DNA of 64,000 nucleotides, from NCBI RefSeq assembly GCF_006345805.1, contig NC_043002.1, forward strand, positions 99,200,001 through 99,264,000, in the 5' to 3' direction. Below are positions 39,429 to 52,619 of this stretch, piece by piece (positions within the stretch are counted from its first letter, which is position 1; the number at the start of each line of letters is the position of its first letter). The stretch comes from Octopus sinensis (Eukaryota). A program made the position numbers and the translations under genes. The notes under the pieces are model-generated. The model saw only the letters and a list, made by a program, of their open reading frames with translations. It had not been told where the DNA came from and did no database searches.

Positions 39429-40430
39429 AATTCCGCCAGGGTAAGGTTTGCTTTTTATCCTTTCTTGGTCGATAATATAGGATATCGTTATAATCGGGTC
39501 GCCCTGCTCTCTCCATAAAATTTAAGGCTCTGCACCAATAATAAAAAGGATTATTATATTTTCTGCTTTTTTTAAGTGGTCATTAGGCAGAATTGTTAGC
39601 ACACCGGACAGAAAGCTAAGCGGCATTTCGTTCATCTTTACGTTTTACGTTCAGATGCCGCCGGGGTCGACTTTGCCTTTAATCCTTTCGAGATCGATAA
39701 AATAAGTACCAGTTAAGTACTGGGGCCAATGTGGTCGACTTACTCCCTCTCCCGAAATTACTGGCCTTGTACCAAAATTTGAAACCATTACTTCTGTTAT
39801 TGAGTTCAAAATCAGCTGAGGTTGACATTGTTAATCATCATTTCAGGGTCGATGAAATAAATACCAGCTGAGTACCGGAGTCGATGTAATCGACTATTAC
39901 TCTCTCCTAAAAGTTCAGAAATTGTGCCGATTGTAGAAAGAATTATTATTATTATTGCTACTGTTGTTTGGGCTTAGGGCGGTGGATTGCCAAGAAGAGA
40001 TGTGAATGCAGAATCCTCAGAGCGTTGAAGAAAATGCCTTGGAGTAATCCTTTCGGCTGTTCTGAGTTCAAATCCCACCGATGTGAAATTTGACTTTATT
40101 ATTTCGTTGACCAATAAAATAAAATGCTAATCAAGTGATACACTCCCTAGAATTCCACAGACCTTGTCATTTAAAACTACTGCTATTTGCCTGATTAATG
40201 AATATAAATATGTCTTCTATTATAGCTCTTGATTGACAGAATTGTTACAGCGTCTGATTAAATGCTTTGCGGCATTATTTCCTGTTCTTTACTCTCCAAG
40301 TTCGAATCCTGCCACGATCAGCTTTGCGTTTTATCTTTCCGGCGTTTCCGTTGTTTCTATCGTAGGCACAATGGCTGAAAATTGCTACGAGGGGTTCAAT
40401 CATTTAAATTGACCCAATACTTGACCAATA
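39428..40430 (+). mobile_element. Cluster of about five head-to-tail tRNA-derived SINE copies or fragments (core family)
   Basis: The ttcaaat.ccgcc.gggtcgactttgccttt...gtaccag motif recurs at ~39428, 39650, 39805, 40065 and 40300. Confidence 0.7.
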
Positions 40431-40742
40431 CCTAGTTTCACTTTTTCTAATATCCATCGTTCCTTTCAGTCAAGATGATGAAATGTAACTTTAGGAGGTA
40501 TGACTTTAGGAGGTATATCTCATATTTTGCGCAACAATTTTGAATCAAGACTCTAGTTCGTCCATTTTGAAGCATGGACATTTGATCGGTCAAGTCCAGA
40601 CCGATGCAATTCATGAGTGCTTTGTTGTCTTGTAGCCTAAACTCATAAAAACTATATGAATATACATAACATTTATTTTCATAATACAGTTCTATATTTA
40701 AGAGATGATGAATTATGTACATTAATTACATTCTTTACATTC

Positions 40743-40857
40743 ATTTACATTTAACGGATATTTCCCCAAGACACATGATGAAGGCTGGAGGGTATATCAG
40801 CCAAAACGTTGTGTTAACAACAAACAAGATGAGGACAAATATCCGTCAAATGTAAAT
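40743..40857 (+). ncRNA. Degenerate PLE hammerhead-like motif (40770-40815) inside 21-bp inverted repeats
   Basis: acac-aTGATGA-a-GGCTG(gagggtatat)CAGCC-aAAA-cg-TT-gtgt, with C3 and G12 mutated. Arms atttacatttaacggatattt / aaatatccgtcaaatgtaaat. Confidence 0.55.
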
Positions 40858-41538
40858 AATGTAAATAATGCTTTATTTTCATGTAAATACAACCAATTAC
40901 GCCTTAATGCAGTCACTCAATTAAGCAAAGTAATAAATGCTATTATATTTCTCAACTACAGCGTAATTTTCGAAAAATGGGGTAGTTATGTTAACTATGG
41001 GCGTAGATGAGATTTCGACCGTAGCGGATTTGAACTGTTAAAATGGAACAACTATTAGCCATCAATTTTGTATTCCTGTGTGTGTAATATACAAACACAT
41101 ACCTAGTCGCTAATGGTATGGGTTTTCCCAAATCTCTCGGATTCTCATGGCCACGTATATGTTAACCGAGCATATCTTCTAAATCTATGAATTGAAATGC
41201 AAAGAAGCGTCTACCGTGCCAGGACAGCTTTACATATTTGAATAACATTATCGTTTCGACATTAGCTACAAGGGTAAAAATGCAGTGGTGTATTGCTAAA
41301 TAGGCAGTAAATAAATATAGGGATTCAAATCTGCATGTATTATTGTCTGACAACGTATTTTGGGAAGTGGAGATATACAACATAAGGACAAGTAACTCCA
41401 ATCGTGACTTGTCCTCACAAAAACACCTCACAAAATGAAGAAGTATGATTCTGTACATTCATAACCTCCGCTTTATTTGTACCCAAACTAGTGGTATGTG
41501 TGTGCGTGTGCGCGCGTATATATCTATCTATCTATCTA

Positions 41539-41580
<42 letters not shown>

Positions 41581-41642
41581 TAAAAACGGTATGATAACAA
41601 AACAAAGAAAGAGACCTCAATATTATGTAAATAGAGGAAATT

Positions 41643-41759
41643 TATCTGTAAATTAAAATGTCACCATTATACAATAGTCGAGATAAAACTCTGAGTTTCA
41701 GATGCCGAAGTGGAAAGCCACAACATCATCTCTTCGGTTATCTGGCCATCTGAAAAATG
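41643..41759 (-). repeat. Left arm of a 117-bp inverted repeat (partner 42683-42799), containing a hammerhead-like motif
   Basis: Reverse complement of 42683-42799 with a few substitutions. Confidence 0.92.
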
Positions 41760-41942
41760 AAATGTAAGCCCTACACCAACGGCAACGGAAAGTGCGGTCT
41801 ATGCGACATGGGGAGATGGCTTATCTGGAAAAGCAGCTTAGACCCTACTACATGTCTAAATTCAAGGACAGAACTTTTCGGATCATGCCCATATGTGACA
41901 AAATTTTTGTTACGTTTTTGGTCCCCTCAAGAAAACAGATAG
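41757..41942 (+). mobile_element. Penelope-like GIY-YIG C-terminal remnant
   Basis: KCKPYTNGNGKCGLCDMGRWLI...LNSRTELFGSCPYVTKFLL matches the PLE motif PY.N..K.C.LC..EK..I...LN.R.EL...C.H..KF.L. Confidence 0.75.
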
Positions 41943-42698
41943 AACTTGCTTTCTATATTATGTCCAAAAAGTTTTTTATCTCATTATACCTTTTATTATT
42001 TCATATATTTTTATATTTTCACACAAAATATTTTTTTCTGTACTCTTCCATACTGCATTTTTTTCTGTGCCTATATAGATGTGTATATAGATTTATTTGT
42101 ACACGTGTGTAAATATGTATGAGTGGGCAGTTTTAGATGTGTGCGTGTGTGCGAGCATACGAATGCATATATTATAGACGTTTTTACTTAGTTTTTAAAA
42201 TTTTGGGTTTTGGGGCATGTGTATATTCCTTTTTTGTGTATGCGTGTGTGTGTATGCGTATATAAAAATGTGCGGGTATGTACATATATGGGCGTGTGTG
42301 TGTATGAGTGCATAAGGGTATGTCCGTATATGAACGTGGTTTTTACGCTTTGTATGCTTCCTTGTGTTTTTTTCTGTATTGTTACCTTTAACTATGTTTT
42401 TTCTTGTGCTTGTGCGTATATAGACGTATGTATGAACTTTTACGGTATGCGCGTGTGTGTGTATGAGTTTGTATATATGCGTATACATTTGGCGAAAGAT
42501 GCGAGTGAAGATGTGTACGTTTTCATAGTGACGTATTAGTACGCACGTGGGTCCGCGAGCGCACATGTGAGCGTATGAGTAGCCATGTTTACGTGTTTAC
42601 TATGAACATTTAATCTTAATTTATATAATTAGCGGAATTATAACACAGTAATTTCCCTTTATATAACGGTATTTTTTCATAGCATTTTTCAGATGGCC

Positions 42699-42761
42699 AG
42701 ATAACCGAAGAGATGTTATTGTGGTTTACCACTTCGGCATCTGAAACTCAGAGTTTTATCT
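42699..42761 (+). ncRNA. Candidate type I hammerhead variant (CCGAAGA core)
   Basis: agataa-CCGAAGA-GATG(...gtggt tt accac...)CATC-t-GAAA-ctc-a-gag-TT-ttatct. Stem I is 6 perfect bp; stem III is a near-palindrome. Confidence 0.55.
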
Positions 42762-42796
42762 TGACTATTGTATAATAGTAACATTTTAATTTACAG

Positions 42797-42833
<37 letters not shown>

Positions 42834-42884
42834 ATATATCTTCACAAATATACACACAATAGGTAGGAGCTAGTATTGCTCAAT

Positions 42885-43100
42885 ATACTTTTCTAATCTA
42901 GGCACAAGGCCCGAAACTTTGGGGGAGAGGGCCAGTCGATTAGATCGACACCAGTACGCAGCTGGTATTTAATTTATCGACCCCGAAAGGATGAAAGGCA
43001 AAGTCGACCACGGTGGAATTTGAAATCAGAACGTAAACATGGCCGAAATATCGCTAGGCATTTCGCCCGGCGCTAACATTTCTGCCAGGTTACCGCCTTT
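42885..43100 (-). mobile_element. tRNA-derived SINE (core family)
   Basis: ggcacaaggcccgaaacttt...ccccgaaaggatgaaaggcaaagtcgacc...ccaggttaccgcc. Confidence 0.85.
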
Positions 43101-43352
43101 ACAATTGCTCAATAGAGAAAACACGATGTATCCTGTATTTTTATACACTAAGTAAATATGTATGTGTGCGTGTGTGTATGTGTGTGTGTGAGCTTAGGGA
43201 GAGAAAGAGGGAGAGAGAGAGAGATAGAGAGAAAGAGAGAGATAACGGAGTGGTCCTTGCATAGCAAGTGACCTCATCTGAGATGGTGTACTGAAACGAA
43301 AGCAATCGCAGCGAGCATGATGTTTATAAGTAATTTAAAAACACACAAAAAC

Positions 43353-43506
43353 CATTAGATTCACTTCAGCATTTAAATTTGATTTGCCAAAATATATTCG
43401 TTGCTTTGAAACCGCGACCTGTTCAATGACAAAATTTTGTGCAACACGAAATTTTGTCTGAACATACTTTGGCAAATTAAATTTAAATGTTGAAGTGAAC
43501 CTAACG
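43353..43506. repeat. Imperfect fold-back palindrome with a deletion in the right arm
   Basis: cattagattcacttcagcatttaaatttgatttgccaaaa / ctttggcaaattaaatttaaatgttgaagtgaacctaacg, with inner gacaaaatttt / aaattttgtc around gtgcaacac. Confidence 0.85.
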
Positions 43507-43634
43507 GGTTCTGATTTTTTAATGGTTCATAAACACTTCCCACAATGCAATTGTTTATATATATACACATAGATACACACGCACACACACACACACACAC
43601 ATATATATATGCATACATATACACACACACATAT

Positions 43635-43698
<64 letters not shown>

Positions 43699-43710
43699 TA
43701 TATATATATA

Positions 43711-44324
43711 CATATATATTGTCGCGCGTGTGTGTGTGGCCATGAATCTATGAGTATGCCCTTGTGTGTGCCAGTCTACAAATATATTCACATACATACA
43801 CACACACGCACGCTGGTATATGCGTACACCATTACATACACATACACATACATAAGTATGAATTGTAGCATTGTATTGAGCACGGGTGTGGCCAGTTTGT
43901 ATTGTTAAATGCACATTAGACACTTTGTAAATATTTGAACATATGACAGCTTCGTACACTTTTGTGAGATTATTTTCCATACTACCATTACGTATAAATC
44001 AAACTACATATAAATCTTTTTCATTGTCTACTTTCAACTGCTTGCAAGGAAGTCCATAAACGCGTACTCACACATACACACACACACACGCCTATCACAC
44101 ACACAGAAACACATACAGACTATAAATTCTCGACTATGTGTTAAGACGATGTATGCGTGTGTGTGTGTGTATGCATATACATACATCATTTTAACACGTG
44201 TTTCAGTATTTATGATGTTTGTGTGTGTTTTTGCGTGTGTGTGTTTAATTTTTCGTATTCGAATTATGTTTATACGAAACCACTAGTATCAAACGGTAAC
44301 AGTCTTCATATCTCAATATATATA

Positions 44325-44381
<57 letters not shown>

Positions 44382-44978
44382 TATTGTCGCGCGTGTGTGT
44401 GTGGCCATGAATCTATGAGTATGCCCTTGTGTGTGCCAGTCTACAAATATATTCACATACATACACACACACGCACGCTGGTATATGCGTACACCATTAC
44501 ATACACATACACATACATAAGTATGAATTGTAGCATTGTATTGAGCACGGGTGTGGCCAGTTTGTATTGTTAAATGCACATTAGACACTTTGTAAATATT
44601 TGAACATATGACAGCTTCGTACACTTTTGTGAGATTATTTTCCATACTACCATTACGTATAAATCAAACTACATATAAATCTTTTTCATTGTCTACTTTC
44701 AACTGCTTGCAAGGAAGTCCATAAACGCGTACTCACACATACACACACACACGCCTATCACACACACAGAAACACATACAGACTATAAATTCTCGACTAT
44801 GTGTTAAGACGATGTATGCGTGTGTGTGTGTGTATGCATATACATACATCATTTTAACACGTGTTTCAGTATTTATGATGTTTGTGTGTGTTTTTGCGTG
44901 TGTGTGTTTAATTTTTCGTATTCGAATTATGTTTATACGAAACCACTAGTATCAAACGGTAACAGTCTTCATATCTCA

Positions 44979-44979
<1 letters not shown>
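43711..44979 (+). repeat. Tandem duplication, period ~663-665 bp, near identical, bounded by (TA)n
   Basis: gtcgcgcgtg at 43721 and 44386; cttcatatctcaa ends at 44316 and 44979. Confidence 0.95.
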
Positions 44980-45049
<70 letters not shown>

Positions 45050-45531
45050 GTGTGTGTATGTGTGAATGTGTGTGTATATATATATGTGTATATATATGCA
45101 TATATATATATGTATGTATATATTATATATATGTATATATATGGTAAGAAGGAAATGGCGGGAATCCAGAGGTAGTATTCATCAGCTGTTTGACATTCTC
45201 TTATGTCTATTTATTGTAAACAGCTCAGATAATATGAAAATACATGTGTAAAGTTTCAGTAATTTTTTAGAATAGCGAAAGAAGAGCAGTTTTTTACAGC
45301 TGTTTCAGCCAAGCGGTCACAGCAAGAAATATATTATGTCCATCTTTCCAGTATATTGTAGTAATCTGTAGATAAAAGTAGGGTACTTGGGTATGCCTCT
45401 AGGCTACGTCAGAGAGTTTTATAAGATAGTCCAAGAAATTCATAGGGTTACTTTATGCACATATAAATATAAGTTTCGTCAGAGAGTCTTTTAAGATAGA
45501 CCAAGAAGTTCATAGGGCAATTTATGCATAT

Positions 45532-45578
<47 letters not shown>

Positions 45579-45580
45579 TA

Positions 45581-45710
45581 TTTATTTTATAGAAAGAGCT
45601 TCTACAGGACTAGAACTGTTTCATTCAAAAGAAATCACCAGGAAGCTTCCTGATGATTTCTTTTGAATGAAACAGTTCTAGTCTTGTAGAAGCTCCTTCT
45701 ATAAAATAAA
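45581..45710. repeat. Zero-spacer palindrome, 65-bp arms, 3 mismatches
   Basis: Centred on ggaag|cttcc. The right arm contains CTGATGA-tttc(tttt)gaa-t-GAAAC. Confidence 0.95.
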
Positions 45711-46160
45711 TTAATTTACTCTGCTATGTATTGATTACCTTATTTACTGTGGTTAACCCCGACTCAACCCGGGACCTACATATATATATATATATAATAT
45801 ATATATATATACATACATACATACATGCATGTATATCTGTATGTTCATACTGATAGGAGAATTAGTTATTAGTGGGTGTCGTACGATATGCATAAAAAGT
45901 GAAAGAGAAATAATAGTATAATCAAAGAAAATAATGGAGTTTGAGAGGGATACAGTTGTTTGAACTGAAAATTCACATAACAGGCGAACTACATATATAT
46001 GCATACAAATAAAGATACATACGTACATACATTCATACATGCATACCTACATACATACATACAAACATACATACATACATACATACATACATACATACAT
46101 ACATACATACATACACACATAAATATATATATATATATATATTTATAAACATATATATAC

Positions 46161-46300
46161 GCTCTTCCGACGAAGAGCGCCGCTCGAAACGTTAAACCCT
46201 CATTCTTTCCTTCTTTCCTGAGCGTCCAATAATACTATATTTGTTCCACGTCCTCACGTTGTTCTGGTTTTTTTTTGTGCGTTCTTGTTTGGTTTAACTA
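46161..46300 (+). mobile_element. PLE-type terminal repeat with hammerhead-like motif (copy 3)
   Basis: CCGACGA-a-GAGC(gcc)GCTC-GAAACGTT...ctgagcgtccaataatact. Confidence 0.7.
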
Positions 46301-47286
46301 TATATACGCATATATATACACACACATATTTGATGCGTTAGGTAATGTGTTTCAGTGGTTCGTATTGTCCTTGCATATGAATGAATGAATGAATGAATGA
46401 ATAAATATACACACATAGATATACATATACATGCATAAATACATGATGTGTTTATAGTTGAGGGCCTGAAATCATGGTTTCTGTTATGAGGTGAAGGTCA
46501 ATATGAATAGTTATGATAGCAATTAATACTAAATTTTCAAATGCATCAAATCTCCGGGCAGTTAACAAGATACTGTATTATCTTCCGTAATTTTTTCGGT
46601 TATTTTATAGTTAAGTGGCTTAATTCCTGTTGGTTACGGGGAGGAGTTGTGGTCATTCACGTAATCTAATTGGTCAGTTAATTTATTTGAAAGGCCATGA
46701 CGCTGCTATGGTTAGTTAGTGATTAACAGATAACATAAACAAACTATATAAAAATTATATATGCATGAAATCATAGAAACAATTCATAGTTCACTATAGG
46801 TAGGTACGATAGTAAAACATTGATATTGAGTCTTGATTCAATTAGATTATATTAAATTAAATTATATTAAATTAAGAATTATGTAAGTAAAATGTTGATG
46901 AGCCTATAGGTTAGAGAGTATAATATAATAGGTTATAGTGATATGAATAGGGAATGTAGTTGTTAGATTGTTTACGAGAAATAAGGTATTACAAATGTAT
47001 GAAACCGTATGTTATAAATGTGAAAACGTGTATCCATCTAATTAGGGGGATGAAATGCACATTTACCAAAATATATGAGCAATACAGGGGGAAATTCTAT
47101 GATGGAAATTATAAGCACCAATTTCTATCAATGGATAAGGTGTTAGAAGGAACTGGATAAGTTATTTTTCTAAGTTGTTATTCATCGTTAAAATATGTTT
47201 ATAGTATAATATATTTCATCAAACACAATATATTAAGTGCAAGGCGCTATGCAATCGAGTTGAATTATATATATATAAATATAAGC

Positions 47287-47317
<31 letters not shown>

Positions 47318-48127
47318 CATGTCATATATATATATCATAAATATACGTATGTATATATATGTATATATATATATATACGTGTGTATATATATGGATACAT
47401 TGATATACATATACATTATATCAATATCAATATCTATATCTATACACACACGAACACACAGACACACGTGTACATATAGATACTGAGATATGAGTACTGT
47501 TGCCGTACAATACGATACTAATGGTTTCATGTGAACAGTATTCGCATATATTCAATCGTAGTTTGAACAATATTGGCAATTAAGCTACTTTGTTAGCCTG
47601 AGTGCATACGAGATATCATATGAAATTTCATAATGTAAGGTGTAGTTTAAAGGTAAAATAGGTAATTATTAGGTTAAATTCAAGTCACGAGTGACTATAC
47701 CATTAGTTATCTCTCCTAGGTAACCAACATCCAATGTTATTCCCTGCATATCCAATTTTCTATGAAAGTTGACCTCTTTCTAGAAACAGGTTTTAAGAAA
47801 AGGTGAAGCTTGCCTCATTTCCAGTTCTGTTCCAGAAAGCTGGAAATCAATCATGGATTTCTTAGTGCCAGTGGTGTTGCTAGATAGGCGTTGAACCTAC
47901 ACCAGATTTATTTGGCCCTTGTCTTTAGTCTTGTAGCAACCGTCCTTGCTCGGATAGTTCTGGTTGGGGATATCTGCTTAGTCACCGACGACCTGAACAT
48001 GCATCAGATTGAACTGGATTCCATGTTACCGAACACTAATTAGGGGTCTCACAAGTGAACTTACATACATACATATACATAGATACACACATACATATCT
48101 ATCTATCTCTTTCTTTCTCTCTCTCTC

Positions 48128-48174
<47 letters not shown>

Positions 48175-48668
48175 TATATATATAATATATATATATATAT
48201 ATTAAATATCGATCTTATCCTTATTTTTATATATTGATATATTTATTGCGTCATTATATTCACTGCGGTAGTATTGTGACAATATCGCACGAGGAGTTTT
48301 AGGCGGGCAAATTAAACTGGTCGTGTGCATACGTGCATATACATGTATGTATACGTTCGTATATGTATATGCAAGTATGTCGTATGTTGTATATATATAT
48401 ATTTGTATTTATGTGGTATCTGAATATATTTCTCTGATGAAGGCAGAGCATTTCTTAAGCAGAGCCAGAAATGCGGTATCTGGAATTATCCAGTAATTTC
48501 TTTGTTAGTTTATTTTGTCTTTTTGTCTTTTCCCCTGGTGCTGTATGAACATGTAATGTGGTTTTAGAGTCAAGTTTTGAACAACTATTTCCAGCGTGGT
48601 GGTATCTCTTAGATACCCTAAATTATATATATATATATATGTATACATATATATATATATATATATAT

Positions 48669-48926
48669 GTGGAGGCCCAGTGGTTAGGGCAGCGGACTCA
48701 CGGTCGTAGAATCGCCCTAGACCGGGCGTTGTGAGTGTTTATTGAGCGAAAACACCTAAAAGCTCCACGAGGCTCCAGCAGGGTGTCCCACTCTTTCTCG
48801 CACTCTTTCTTCTGTTGGCCTGTTCGCTTAGCCAGCGGGGTGGCGTCATTCGAAGGCTAAAACAATGCGAACGCATTGTGACCAGCAATGTGTAACAACA
48901 TCTCATGGTCTGGTCGGTCACGTGAT
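48669..48926 (+). mobile_element. tRNA-derived SINE, third family
   Basis: gtggaggcccagtggttagggcagcggactcacgg...gagcgaaaacacctaaaagctccacgagg. Confidence 0.8.
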
Positions 48927-49845
48927 ATATATATAGATATATATATATGATATAATATACAGACGTAAAACATGAGAACAGAAACAGTTCAATTTCAAGA
49001 ACACTTGAATGCTTTTCGCCGAAATCATCGGCGAACCTAAAAATATCATGGACTATTAATATCATAGAAGTTCATGTACGTATATCTATGTTTAGACGTG
49101 AGTGTGTTTATGAATACGAAGCCGTTACTTCAGTATATAAAACAGGAAAGCACGCACGGGCAACCAACATTCAAGTTTCATTTCCTGATTTCACCTCATT
49201 TCATTTCACTTACAACAGATATATTAACCTCAAAATCGTAGACGATTCACTTTATTCCAGTCTTTTAAAGACATCTATCTGATGCAATAAAAATAACGCA
49301 TCTAATGTGACATGGTGACCTCAAACTCCTTGTTCGTCACTCGATATACCTATCATGTTACGTATATTTGTGCTGCACATCTACCTAATAACTGCACTCA
49401 AATGAACCTTAAATGCACTTTTGCTACTGTATCAGACGTATTTTTATAATCTATTTTTTATTTTATTTTATTTTATTTATAACTTGATTAGATTTTTTTT
49501 TTGATACTACGTTCGTACAGTCCTTTCTTTAGCTGAAAGTATTGACGAAGTAATGAACGTGTTATCTTACCGACTAATTATTCGTCGAAATTATTCACAA
49601 GCACGCAGACAATACATACACGCACGCACTCAGGCACTCACACAGAAACACACACAAACGCACGCACACACACATACACACAGCTATGTGTGTTGTATGT
49701 ATATGTATTCATGTGTATGAAGTACCTATACATACCTGTGTATATATATACATATACACACACACACACATATATATATACATATATATATATATAATAA
49801 AATATATATATATTATATATATATTTATCTCTCTCTATATATACG

Positions 49846-49876
<31 letters not shown>

Positions 49877-51452
49877 TATATATGTATGTCTATATTTATA
49901 TTTATATGTATATATTTATATATATATTTATATATGTATATATATGTATATATAATAATAATATTAATGAGTACAATTCCAAACTTACAGGGAAAAATTC
50001 AATTTAGTATTTAATCAAATTTCACAATATAAATATATAAAATATAAATTGGAGACAAAATCACTATTATGCAACTCAAACAGTGATAGACGTAAATCAA
50101 AACATAAATAACAAATCATATATAAATTTATAAACCATACAACTAGATCTCGTGTGCGTATGTGTGTCTATGTACATGAATGAATGTGTGTGTATTCTCT
50201 TATTTCAATTGCAATCAGGCATAATGGTGGAGCCCGTACTAGTAACATAGATACTTATTGGTCGATTCTGGTCACCTTGTTGAAGCTACTACTGAACCTA
50301 CATCACATCACTGTATTGTAAGAAATACTACCCGGCTTCGATAGCGTAAGCATCTGCATCGGGGGCATCTCAATTGTCACAAATTAGTTGATATTTCGTC
50401 GCTTGATTCGGTATGTACATAATCTGCGCATAAATTACAGCAGAAGCGAGCTTAATATTTATATTGATATAGGTAACTCCTTTTCTATAGTTAATTTTTT
50501 TCGTTTTTGATCTTCTTCCCTGTATGGTTGTTTCAAATAAAGTGTTCGAAGCAGCAGCAATGTGCTGTCATTGTGTTATTGACGAAGAAGCCGCGCAATG
50601 AGTAAAGAGGTATGAGAATATGTATATATGAAGGGGACAGCTGCATTGAAACAAACTGCGCAGTAAGAGACCACCAGCTGTCACCACAGACACTAATTGC
50701 TTGCTAAACTTTTACTCGTGAAAAGAGGAACCACAATTATGAATGTGTTGCACAACTGGACTGTCGTAGCAATGTATTAGACTAGAAGGCGGTAGACAAG
50801 TACACAAGAAGGCGGTAGACAAGTAGACAAGAAGGCGATAGACAAAGTGATATCAAAAGAGTGCAAAGAGTGCCTGCTTTAGTTTTTAGTTCACTGCTGA
50901 TTGTGAAATGTTATTCGAAGATCGGAGCAAATAGCTGGATGGATTTTAATGCCGAGGGATAGACATATCTATAAATTGCAACTTGGTTAATTCATAAGTT
51001 GGTTAGTTTAACTGCCTTGAAGTAGCTTCATGAGGCATGGCATTGCGGTTCCATTGATTTAATTACATTTACTGTTGTAACTATGAAGGAATCGTGTGGA
51101 AAATCCGCTTACTGACATAACTGAATTTCGAGAAATCTTGAAAGGCCATTTCACACTCCATGACTTGACCGTTGCAAATAATCTGTGTGTATGTGTCTGT
51201 CTGTCTGTAACTCTAGACACACACAGACACACTTTATCACACGATTTTCGAATGTTGTTATACACAGCTGATCACAATGAGCTTCTTATTCTTTCTTAAG
51301 CCCTTCTTTCTCTTACTAAATCGCCTCTCAATCGCCGTCGAGATCGTCCGAGTGGCCTTTTTCAATCTAATATATACCACTCGGCAAATGCACGGTGGAC
51401 TTGTTATAGATTCTAAGACCATATTCTTACCGCGCGACCGTCTTAAGCAAGC

Positions 51453-51532
<80 letters not shown>

Positions 51533-51890
51533 ACATTTCTATAGAGTTTTCATAATCCTATTTCATATCTATTCTCGTATTAAAGTCAGCAAGACAAAAA
51601 AAATAAAAAATGTAATCTACATATATTACCGTACACTTTAAATGCATGGAAAATAATTCATATTCCCAAACTTTCACTTGACAACGGAAAAGATCTCAAT
51701 TCTTTCAATGATTCATAAAAATAAATACGTATATGCATATACCCCGTCTCCGTAGCCCTCCCTCGCTCTCTATGCATACACACACATATACGTATAAGGC
51801 GTAGTTGTTTCAAGAATGCCATTATAATAACAGTTAACGTTGGATTGTCAACAATAATTTTATTCATTATGCACTTCATATATTATTTCA

Positions 51891-52316
51891 TTCTCTTACT
51901 TGTTTCAATCATTTGATTGCGGCCACGCCGGTGCACCAGCTTAAGTAGATTTTAGTCGAACAAATGGACCTCAGGACTTATTGTTTCTAAGTCTAGTACT
52001 TATTCTATCGATTTATTATGCCGAACCGCTAAGTTACGGTGGCGTAAACACACCAACATCAGTTATCAAGCGATAGTGGGGGGACAAACACAGACACAAA
52101 TCAACATACACACACACACAAACTCATACACACACATATATATATATACATATATATATAATATATATATATATATATACGACGGGATTATTTTAAGCTT
52201 CCGTCTACCACATCCACTCACAAATCTTTGGTCGGCTCGAGACTTTGTAGAAGACACTTGCCCAAAGTGCCAGGCAGTGGGGTGGACCCGGTACCATGTG
52301 GCTGGAAGCAAGCTTC
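51891..52316 (-). mobile_element. CORE-like SINE with RTE-like tail, diverged
   Basis: Plus strand gaaccgctaagttacgg...ttccgtctaccacatccactcaca...gaagacacttgcccaa. Confidence 0.85.
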
Positions 52317-52619
52317 TTTTATTCATTAAATTGGCCACAAGGACCTTACAAAGAAAGGAGGCTGCGGGATGGACAAGGATATAATGAGATAAAATGATAG
52401 GCGATGTGAAAATGATGAAGGCAATAGCAACGCCCACCGATTGCTGTTTACCCGAGCATATTGTTCTGTACAAATACCATATTGAGGCAACAAACCTCTT
52501 ACATGGTAAACCATCAAGGAGGCAATATACCTCTTACATTTACGACATAAAAAGCCATTGTGAGGCAATAAATCTCTTACAAGAAGTCCATTATAAATCA
52601 ATGAAACAATCTTCCTATC

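Noticed and set aside
47700-48060. Possible RTE 5' end or APE start on the minus strand
   Set aside because: Only a faint resemblance (KRSTFIENW) with multiple stops.
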